In this document: positions 1 to 10,900 of the stretch, in pieces
Layout: each line of letters begins with the position of its first letter
How positions within the stretch are numbered: position 1 is the stretch's first letter
Origin: Salpingoeca rosetta
Lineage: Eukaryota > Protista > Choanoflagellata
Length of the DNA: 26,628 bases
Direction of reading: 5' to 3'
NCBI GenBank assembly: GCA_033442325.1
Contig: JAWQFM010000034.1
Coordinates: 641,150 to 667,777 of the forward strand
Program-made: the position numbers and the translations under genes
Notes under the pieces: generated by a model
What the model saw: only the letters and a program-made list of their open reading frames with translations
What the model was told of the DNA's origin: nothing
Database searches by the model: none

Positions 1-2
1 AC

Positions 3-1893
3 CTTGCCAGAGAGGCGCGTCGTGCACAGGTGGGTGCCGTTGACGGTGAAACTGCAGTCCAGCTGGTCCACCTCCACCTCAATGTGCATCCACGGGTCGT
101 TCTTGACCATGCCCAGCACGCCAAACCACGCCGCGCCGCTTGCCGCGTCGCCGCCGCTGGGAGCCATGAGCGGGTTCACCAAATCTGTCGCCGCAGTGGC
201 CGCAGCAGTCGCGGCCGCCGCGCTCATGGTGGGTGACGTCGATGCCCCTGGCGTCGGAGACAGCGCAAACGGCGTCTCTGCAGACTCGGCTGCGCCCTCA
301 GGAGGGTTCTGCTCAAACATGTCAAACGCAAGCAATCCCAGCTCGTTCTCCTGGTAGTTGACGCTGGGGTCGCACAGCTCGCTCTCCTTCACATCCACAG
401 GCACGGCGTCGCCATCACCCACATCATACGCGCCAGCGCTGCCGAGACCTGACTCGCCAGGCACCTTGCCGGCACCGGCAGAGGCAGATGTCGAGCTCAG
501 CGGCTGCTGGCCTGCATCACTGCTCTCCGGTGCAGAGTACAGCGGGTTGGGCATCATCGTCACGTCGGATGGGCCGGCCTCCGGCTGGATTTCAAACATG
601 GGGTTGACAAAGCTGAAGTCGCCCTCCTGCGTGCCCAGGTACCCGAGCTCGACGTCGAGCGCAGAGCTCTGATCCAGCACCTCCTGCTGCTCCTTGTTGC
701 GCGTGTACAGGGTGATGATGATGTACCACACAAACATAAACACGATGCACACGCCGCTCACAATGATGGTCAGGTAGAAGGGCCAGTTGCTGTCCGTCAG
801 CGTGCTCTGTCCAAAGTCATCGTCGTCGTTGCCCGTGGTCGGCACAGGCTGCCCCGTGGTCGTCACAACGTTGACCTGGCCGTCACAATAGTCCGACAGC
901 AGGTCGGGCGTGCTGCTTGTGCCGGTCGACGTGCAGTAGTGTGCAAACAGGCAGACGGATGAGCGGTGATGGGCGAGGTCGCGGTACCGCGCAATCTCAC
1001 ACACGCACGCGCCGTGGTAGAACTCCAGCAGCGCGCCAAGCGCAGAGCACTCCGTGGCCAGCTCCCCGTGCAGGAACATGTCATCGCACAGGGCTTCTGC
1101 CTGTCGCTGCAGCGTTGCGGATTCAAACACACAGCCCATCGACGCGCGGAAGAGTAGCGGCGCCGTGGACACGGGGAAGAGGTTCGAGCCGGAAGGATCC
1201 GGGGAACCACCGTCGCTGGGCATGCTCGCCTGTCCACGCAGCCTGCACCGCGTACCATCAACGCCGTACTGGTCAGCCAGCAGCGTGCTGGTGCCGGTCA
1301 GCTGCGCGTTGTCAAAGTTGGTGTGCATGAGCAGACCATCCGAGTAGCCCTGTTGCGGGTAGAAGAAGTTCTGCCCAACCTGGTCTCCGGAGATGGGCCG
1401 GTTCCAGAAGCGCACCTCGTCCATGTGGCCCTCAAAGTCCGTGGTCTCAGTCTCGCGGCGACGGCGTGCCTCCGTTGACGACGGTTGCAGCACGGGGATG
1501 GGCTCGAGGGCACGCCCCAAGGTGAACTCGCCGTCCACGCCAAAGTGGCACGTGCGCAGGAGGCCGACAACCACGTCGGTTGCCACCACCAGCCCGGGTC
1601 GGTGCACCAGCACAAAGAGGCGGCCGTCCGTTGGGCGCCACGTCACCGTGATGTGCGCCCACAGGTTGCGGTACATGATGATGCGTGTCTTGAACACAAA
1701 CGTGCCCCAGGTGATGGTCAAGCGGCCGTCCAGCACGACGCAGTTGAACGTGATGCCGTTGGCGTAGTCCGTGTAGAACGAAAACACGACAAAGTTGCGT
1801 GTGCAGCGCCGCAAGCGGTGTGGGTTCAGCGGCACAACGTAACCACCACCATAGCCATACGTGTAGTCACCCGAGCCAGAGCCGGAGCCGGAG

Positions 1894-1936
<43 letters not shown>

Positions 1937-4900
1937 CAGACCCACTGCCGCTTCCGCTTCCGCTTCCGCTGCCAGTGTTGTCTGCTGCATACTGGTCCAA
2001 GTCGTCATGAACGTTGTCAAAGCCAGGTTTCACCCAGCCCTCTACAGCCAAGCCGCACTCGCCACCATTGCACATGCCTCCACTAGCACCGCCATCACCC
2101 GAACCAGTCCCATCACCACCAGTGCCACCACCACCCGTGCCACCACCCGTGCCATCATCGCCGCCGGACGGCTCGTATGGAACGTCGCCGCAGTCGCGCT
2201 GGGGCACAAAGCTCACAGAGGTCTGGTTGAAGGCAAACATGAAGCCGCCAGAGCCAATGCGGGTCTGGCCAGGATCAAATCGGCCTGGAATCACGTCGTG
2301 GCCAGGCACACCAAAGCGGCGAGGCAGCATCTCATTCAACCATGCCTGCGACAGCACCTCGCTGTCAAATGGCAGCGTTGTCGTCGTCGTTGTCGTTGTG
2401 GTTGTTGAGCTACTCGTTGACGTGAGCAGAGGCGTGGTCGTGGACGTGGCTGTGGTCGTGTTGCCAGCTGAACTTGTTGTGTTCACCGCAGCCGTGGTCG
2501 ATGCAAGCACCGTGCCATTGGTCGCTGGCGTTGCTGCGCTTGTGCTTGGCATTGCCGTTGCGTTGGCGGGGGTAGTTGCGTTCGACAGTGGCGTGGTCGG
2601 CGCTGGCACCGTCGTTGTGATGGCTTCACTGCAGTTGGAGCCCGTGTATGGGAATGCGCAGCTCGAGCAGTTGTCGCCCGTGAAGCGGGCATCGCAGTCG
2701 CACACAAACGCGGTGTTGTTGACCAGACGGCAGTCGCCGTGCCCGCCGCATGTGACCTCGCGCGTGCACGCCTCAACGGCGCAGGTCGGACCGGCCCAGC
2801 CGCGCTGGCACAGGCACTCGCCGACGGGAATGCTCGTGTTGGCCGCAGTACTCATGGTGCCGTTGACGCCCGTCGTGGCGGTGCTGCTGTTGGTGTTGGC
2901 TGTCTCCACGCAGGAGAGGCCATGGCCAGAGCAATCGTCGGGGCAGACAATGTCATCCGTGCAAGTCGCGCCGGTCTTGCCAAACACGCACAGGTCGCAC
3001 GTGGGGCCGGTGAAGCCAGCGTCACACGCGCACACGGCAACATCGCCCTGCGCAACGCACTCACCGTGGCTGCCGCAGCCGGCGCCGCCAGCACACGACA
3101 GCTCAACATGACAGTGGTCGCCACCGTAGCCGCTCACGCACTCACCGCAGGCAGCGCCCAGCGTCGTGTTGGAGCACATGCACACGGGCTGTTCGTTCAC
3201 AACCGCGCACGTGCCGCGAAGCGGGCCGCCGCACTGCGGGCTGCCGGGACAGATGGGCTGGCTGCAGTCTGCGCCTTGGAAGTTGGGGTCGCACAGGCAG
3301 TACGGGTTTGGTGCGTTGGCATAGTCCAGGGCGCACACGCCACGGTTGGAGCAGTCTGGCTCACCGGGGCAGTCGAGGACATCGCACGCCTCGCCGCGCC
3401 GACCCGTTGGGCACTCCCTCCACGTAAACTCCGTCTGCAGCGCTGTGGAGTTGGAGCCGCACAGGCCGTGCATGTTCTCCTGCAGCGACGCGGGAATGTC
3501 CAGGGCCGCGCTCAGCTGCCCGACATACGCCGTCACCGTCACCCGCACGCCGTTGGGCAACGACACCACGAGCTTGTGGCGCGACTGCAGGTACCACTCT
3601 GCCCTCAGCCCGCCGGGCGTGGCAAAGTCTGTCGGGTGCTCGACCGTCTGCATGGCGCCCGTGAGCGCGTCGGAGAAGAGCGCCTCCAGCCGGTTGGCAC
3701 CCGTGTCTGCGAGGTACACGGCCATGCTCTGGCTGTCGTATGACACGCCAATCATGGACGACGACACGCACGTCTCAAACGCCGTGCAGGGGCGGTGGAT
3801 GCTCTGCACGTGCATGGTGTCCGTGCGCACGAGCGTGTACGTGCCGAGGCCGCTGAACTGATACGCCGTACCAGCAAAGCTGGTGAAGTACGGGTCGCCA
3901 AACGCCGTGCACACGACGTTGCCCTCCGTGGTGGAGTTGATAAACAGGTCGGGCGCGGTGGCCACGCTGCAGTCAACACCGGTCCACCCGGGGCTGCACG
4001 ACGAGCACAGGCTGTCGCCGTTCCAGCGCGTCTCGCACATGCACTGCCCCGTGACGGAGTTGCAGCTGCCGTGGCCAGAGCAGGCCACGCCATCCACCAC
4101 ACCCTCGCACAGGGAATCGCACGTAATGCCAAAGTGCACGGCGTCGCACTCGCAGTAGTGGTTGCCGGATTGGTCTGTGGCCTCACGGCCAAACAGGCAC
4201 AGCCTGTCGCAGGTTGGCCCGATCCAATCGGTCTTCAAGCCCTCATTGCACAGCGGCCTTGCAGGCCACTCTGCCAGGTTCAGGTCATCCTCGCACAGCG
4301 TTGCAAATGCAAAGACGCTGACGAGCCCAGACGCGCTGGCGTTGTTGGCTGCACCCTGCTGCAAGCACTGCAACAAGTAGTACTCGGCCGGGTTGGGGAA
4401 CAGCGGCGCACACATGGCCTGCAGCGAGCCAATCCAGCGGTTGCAGTCCGCAAGGAACACCTGCTGCTGCGCGGGCGTGGCGCCGTAGGTTGGCAGCGAC
4501 ACGGGCCACGCGTCCACAAGCGGTGCCGTTGACGTGCTGTTCAGACCACCGCTGCCGCCACTGCCGCCACTGCTGCTTGCACTGCGCCGGCGGCGCTGCA
4601 GCAACTCCTCATCGTAGCCGGAAGCAAACTCGTCCAGAGACACCACCAGCCCAATGTCACGCGCTTCAACGTCGTCCTGCGAGTACACAAAGGTGATGGG
4701 GAGTGGAAGCGTGGAGGCGATCCACGTTGGCGCCTGTCGTGTAAAGAAGAGCAGGGTTGGCCCAACCTGGTCACCGACAACGTCGCCGCTGCCCTCGTCA
4801 AACTTCCACATGCCGGCCAGGTCTGGTGCGTACGGCGGTACGTTCTTCAGGTACGTGGAGGCAACGATGGCCGGGTTGCTGGGCCGCGTCCACAGGCGAA

Positions 4901-7900
4901 GCTCATCCACGTCGCCAACAAACGGAGCAACCGCACCCTGTCCCAGCACGGAGTCGCCAGCCATCCACACGCCAAGCAGCACCTGGCCGCCAGACTCGCA
5001 GGCGCTCGTGCCCACAAACGCAGTGAACACGCCCGATGTGTCGTCCGTCAACAGCCACACCTCAGCGGTGCCCTGGGACCGTGTCCACACGACGCTGAGC
5101 TGGTGCCACTTGTTGATCTGGAACGCCACCTCGGTCGGGTACGCCTCCGAGCCATACGAGACAATCAGCGTGTCAATCTGCCACGAGCCATCCCTGCTCA
5201 GGGCAAACGCGGTGCTGTTAGCAGAGCCAATGGGCGACAGCAGTGCCACCCGCTCGCCCTGGTGCATGCGGTGCTCCAGCACGGTGAAGGCGGCGCCTGC
5301 CAGCGTGCTCACGGTGAGTCGGGCGCCAACGGTGGGCCGCGTGTGCGCGTGCATGAGCCACAGGCCACCCGAGATGCTGAGCCGTGTGAAGGGACCGGAG
5401 TCGCCAAACGACACAGCGAGCGTGTGCAGCTTGCGGTATGCAAAGGCAACGCCGCCAACCTGCTTCGGCTTCACGCTCACCTCAAAGGTCACGGTGTCGC
5501 TGTCGTCAAACACGAGCGGCGACGAAACGAGGCCGCTGTCGTTGAGGCGGAGGGCAAAGCCGGCGTCGGTGGCCGTGGCCGGGCTGCTGCTGGAGAACGC
5601 CTCCATCTCATCCGGCAGGTCTGCCAGCGTCAGGTTTGCAAACGCCAGCGACGAGCCCGCATGGCAGGAACCAAGCAGGCCCTCCGTCCACGCGCAGGTG
5701 GTGGCGCGAGGAGCGCGCAGGAACACTTCCAGGAAGCCCTGGCGCTGCTCAATCACCAGCACGCTGCCCACATCAAACCGCAGCACTACGCTGTCCAACG
5801 ACGTTTGGGTCACGTTGTTGACGCCACTGCTGCCGCCACCACCAATTGGAATGGCAACACCCTCGGAGCGCGTGAGCACGTTGTTCACACGCACCTCAAA
5901 CGCGCCCGCAGCAACATAGGGGCTCACAAGCTGCACCTTGTCCGAACCAAATCGGACTGTCACCTCCGATACACACACTGCGCGGCCCTGCTGGCACGGC
6001 GCCAGCTGCGCGGTGACTTTGGCCAGCTCCTGGCCGCCCGTGTTGACAACACCCGCACGCTGCTGGCTCAGCACCACGCGGCCAGGTGACGGGTAGGCAA
6101 AGGAAATGCCCTCAAACGCATGCACAAGGCCGCCAGTAAAAATACCAGCAGCCACGGAGGCGCCGGCACCGCTGTTGTCGCTGCTGCTGTCGAGACGTGC
6201 AAATTCGCACTTGGCACCCAGCCAGCCCTGCGCACAGACTGAGCAGTCTGCGCCGGTCCACTGGGGATCGCAGGCGCAGGTGCCATCCACGCGACACAGG
6301 CCGTTACCGTTGCACGGCGTGGCTGCACCGCCAGGGCACGCGTCCTTGCACTCCGTGCCATAGTATCCGGGGTCGCACACGCACACGTTGAGATCCTCTG
6401 CAGAGGCGTGGCCGTTGTAGCACAGCTTGTCGCACTTGGTGCCAATGTACAGCGGGAAGTCCATGTCTGCGTAGTCGTTGCAGAAGCTCTGCAGCGGCCA
6501 CGTCTTGAGGCTCAGCACAGACTGGCAGTAGTCCGCGTACGCCACCAACGACGACATGCCTGCCGCCAGCTCGTTGGAGCGCGCAATGTCAGCGAGGCAC
6601 GCCTTGAGGTAGAAGTCAGACGTGGCCTGGCCCAGCAGTCTGCATGGCGTGTTGGCGCGGATGAACAGGCCGCAGCGGAAGTTGGCCAGGTCGTCCAGCT
6701 CTGGCGAGGAAAACTGCACAGCGCCGCCCTCGTCGCTTGGCGGGGCGTCAATGTCCGTGTACGTGAGGAACCAGACGGGGCTCGGCAGCGGCGGCTGCGG
6801 GAACACGAGCGGCGTGGCAGCGGGGCCAAGGTCCTTCGCCACAGCACCAGCGCCGTCGTCAAACTTCCACAGCGACACCAGGTCCACATCCGAGGGCTGC
6901 ACGTTGCGGTGGAAGTTCTGGCGGATGGCCGTTGAGTCGAACAGGGAGTTCTTCTCGAAGATGCGAATCTCGTCCACGCAGCCCACGAACTGCCCGCTGG
7001 CGTGGCTGCTGGTCGCGTATGCGGAGGGCCGCCACTGGCCAAACGAGAGCACGCCACCCGGGCGGAACATCTGGCTTGAGTCTGCAAAGAAGACCGACTT
7101 GGACAGCAGCGTACCTTGCTGCGTGAACATAAACAGGTTGACCACCCCCGTGGTGCGGCTCCACACGAGCGTGATGTGGTTCCACGCGTTGAGCTGCACA
7201 ACAAAGTCTGTCGTCACGACGCGGTCGCCATACACCACCTGCAGCGGGTTGGAGAGCACGACGGAGAAGGTGCGGCCGAACTGCGGCTCCTCGGGCTCGG
7301 GCTCCAGCAGCTGCTCAATCGGGTGAGGCAGACACACGTCGCGCAGCACGCGCTGGTTGATGCCGCTGATGGGCTCCGTGATGTGCGTGTACGACATGAC
7401 CGTGCCGCCGTACCGCTGCGGCTTCACCAAGAACTCAATCATGACAAACTTGCTCTTGAAGGCGTTCACCATGGGCGGCGAGTAGATGCCAGAGTCTGCA
7501 AAGCACACGGCGTACCCGTTGGTCGGGTTGTCAATGGGCTCGTCCAGCCAGTCCTTCTCCAAGATGTCGAGGATGTCCTCCTCATCCAGCTCCGTTGGCG
7601 ACTCGGGCATCCAGTCGTTGGTGCACTGGCTGCCGTCGCCACCGCACACACCGCACTGGTCCACGTAGGACACAAATGTCACGCCACGCAGGCGACACGC
7701 CTGCTCGTACGCCTGCACCACCGCACAGCTGCACGCGCTGCTGCACGCAGCGTAGCTGACGGCACACGCGCGCACGTACGGCTCTGGGTCAACCACGCCG
7801 TGGCACGCGGAGTAGCGCCCGCGCGGGGCAGCGAGCACATCGCAATTCTCGCCATGCTCGCTCGCAGGTGGCTGTGCTGGCAGGCACTGGCGTGACGGCG

Positions 7901-10900
7901 TCGCGGGCGTCTCGGGAACACGCCACGACGAGGCAAGCGCCGTGGTCTGCGTCAGGTTGCCCGTGTCCTGCACCGCTGTGTTGTCGGAGGTGAACAGCAC
8001 CTGCGTGCCGCTGAAATGGCCGCACAGGCCGCACAGGTTGTTGCGGTACGCGGTTGGCGCGTTGACCTCCAGCAGGTCGCCGTTGAAGGTGATGGAGACG
8101 TCAAGCACAAGCAGCTGCACCGTCACCTTCGAGTACACGCGAGACACGCGCACGCGGCTGGTGACAATGGGCAGCGCGTCGTCCTCAACCACCTCGCCGT
8201 TCATGACCACAAGGCCGCCCAGCCGCACGTCCACCGTGACAGCGGGCTCCTGCGTGCTGCCGTCGGAGATGGCGGGCAGGATGACGCGCACCTCATCGGC
8301 AGCGGGGTACGCTGACGTCGATGCGGCTGCCAGGGTCGCGTGCACCTGGAACTCGCTGCCATCGCAGTTGGGGCCGCCAGAGGCCACGACAAACCTGCCG
8401 CGCCCGCAGAAGCTGAAGGGCAGGCCGTCAAACGTGGTCATGTGCGCGCCGTACAAGAGGCAGCTGCTCGTGCCATCCGGCAGGTCATCGTCCCTGCACG
8501 TGGAGCCGTCGCCGCCACACACGCCGCAGCGGTCAATGACGGAGGTGTATGGCACCTGGATGGAATCGCACAGGCTCTCAAAGGCCCGGAACGGGTCGAC
8601 GCATGCTTTGCCAATGTCCTTGGCGTCTGTTGCACAGGCCATGCTCAGGCACGCGCGGTAGAACGGCTCCGGGTCAAGCACGGCGGCACAGGAGCCATAC
8701 ACAGGTGCGGGGCTGTTGAGCAGCGCACTGCACTGCTCCTCTGCGCGGGCACGGTTAGCGGGGAAGGCGACGCAAGGGTCGCGCGGCGGCTCGGGCCCAT
8801 CCGTGCACGTGGTGCTGGCGCTGGTGAGGCGGCGAAGCAGCGGCGGCGTGGCTTGGTTTACACCAAAGCTCCACATGGAGTTGCGGTTGCTCGGCGCAAA
8901 CTCGTCTGCAAGGCCGTTCATGTTCCCGCACAGGCCGCACACGCGCGACTGCAGCGAGCGCGGCACAAACACGCGGAACGTGTTGAAGTGCGACCACTCC
9001 ACATGCACGCCCGTTGCCTGGTGCACAACGCGCAGCACGCCGCTGTCACCGTCGCCTGTGTGGTGCACGGACACGCCGTGCCTGTTCAGGTAGGGCGCTG
9101 TCAGCACGGTGTCGTCTGCCTTGTCGTCAATGTCGTCGCCAGCAAGCGACACAACACCGCCGCCCGTGATGTGCACGAGAGGCGATGCGCCAAAGCGAAC
9201 AGCGAGCACGGGGGTGGCTGGGTCGCTGCCGCGCGTCACCACGGTGATGTCAAACTCGTGTTGCGAGCAGTCACTCACCAGGTTGTACTCGCACTCCCCG
9301 GCAAAGTCGAGGCTCTCGCCATCAAAGGTCACGTAGGACGAGGACGCGAACACGGTGCAGGAGGCCAAGCCATCTGCGCAGGTTGAGTCGTCACCGCCAC
9401 ATACGCCGCACACGTCGCGCGCGGACGAGATGCCCGTGGCTCCGGCAAGCGCACATGCACCCTCGTAGGACGCAATGATGTCGCAGGCATCCAGGAGGGG
9501 GAGGGCGTCCGTGGCGTTGCCAAAGGTGGCGGCCACGGCGCTGGTGGCGTTGTGCGGCCAGGCGGACCACGCACATGCCGCTTCCAGGCATGCCTGGTAG
9601 TATGTCTGTGGAGCGACGGTGGCGTGGCATCCGGCGAGCGAACCGAGCGGGTCGACGAGCACGTGGCACAGTGCTTCGGCGGCGGAAAGCGCGCCGGCGT
9701 TGCCAGCGCACTCGGACGGCGGCAGCACGGTGGCGTTGAAGGTCTGGTTGGTGAACTGCGGGTCGCCAAACGGCGCCAGCAGGCCCGTGTCGTGCACCTG
9801 CCAGCCAAGCACGCTGGTGTAGGACGTGGAATCGTCGCCAATGTGGCCGTTGTTGTTGCCGGCGATGCCGCGCGTGCTCACAAAGAAGCTCTCTGGGGCG
9901 CGCACCCACGCCGTCGCCGCAATCAGGTCAATGTCCATCTCAAACAGGCCCTCGTACAGGCTGACAAACAGGCGAAAAGAGCCGTGAATGTTCCGCAAGT
10001 AGACGGTGAAGCGTAGGCCAGAGAGCCTGTAGCCTACCAGGACGCGGCCGTTGATGCTGACGCGTGTGTGCACGAGGTCAACGTGGATGGTGACCGTGTT
10101 GGAGATGACAATGGCAATGCCGCGGAGGCACGCGGGCGAGTAGCGGCTGCTTGTTGTCGCCCAGGTGCAGGTACCCACGCTGCCGTACACGCGCAAGGGG
10201 TAGCCGTTGTACAGGCTCTCCACCAGCAAGTAGTCGTAGACGTTCGTGCGCCAGATGGTGGCGCCATCAAATGTGCGGTACACCACGCGGCCAGATCCGC
10301 CAAACACGCTAAAGCGGCGCACCGACGGCGCAACGCAGCCCGTCACGGGGCTGCAGTAGCGCCAGGGTGCGCGGCAGTGCCGTTCAAGCACACGAATCAC
10401 AGACCGTGCGGCAGCAGTGGGAGTTGACGCAGCGCACACGCGGCGCAGGCACGACTGGTAGTAGAAGTCGACGTTGACGCCAAACGTGCCGCTGCAGGAC
10501 GCAAAGAGCGTGGTGCGCACAACCGCACAGTAGGACGCGGCCAGCTGGTACGCGTACGCGTTGCCTGCACAGGGGCTCGTGGGCAGCGGCGGAAGCACGC
10601 ACACGGCGCTGGCAGACGCCGTGAACAGCGCGGCCTGGAACTCGCTCTGCAGTGCACCCGCAACCGCGGTGGTGTCAGCAGACGCGGCCAGACCACACGC
10701 ACCGCACAGGCGATCTCGGTACGAGGGCGCAATAAAGAGCTCGTGGTGAGTGCCGTACCACGTGAACACCACTTGCTGGTTCACGCCCACCACCTCGATG
10801 CGGCCGTTGAGGTTGCGGACGAGCGTCTCCTGCTGGTCGACGACCGTCCAGCCGCCCGTCAGGAACGCGCCGTCAACGTCCACGGTCATGTTTGCGTGCA

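Noticed and set aside
1826-2020. Poly-(Leu-Ala) hydrophobic ORF and plus-strand poly-(Arg-Ala) or (Ser-Gln) ORFs
   Set aside because: These are alternative readings of the Ser-Gly repeat. Only the SG frame is continuous with the flanking LamG motifs.
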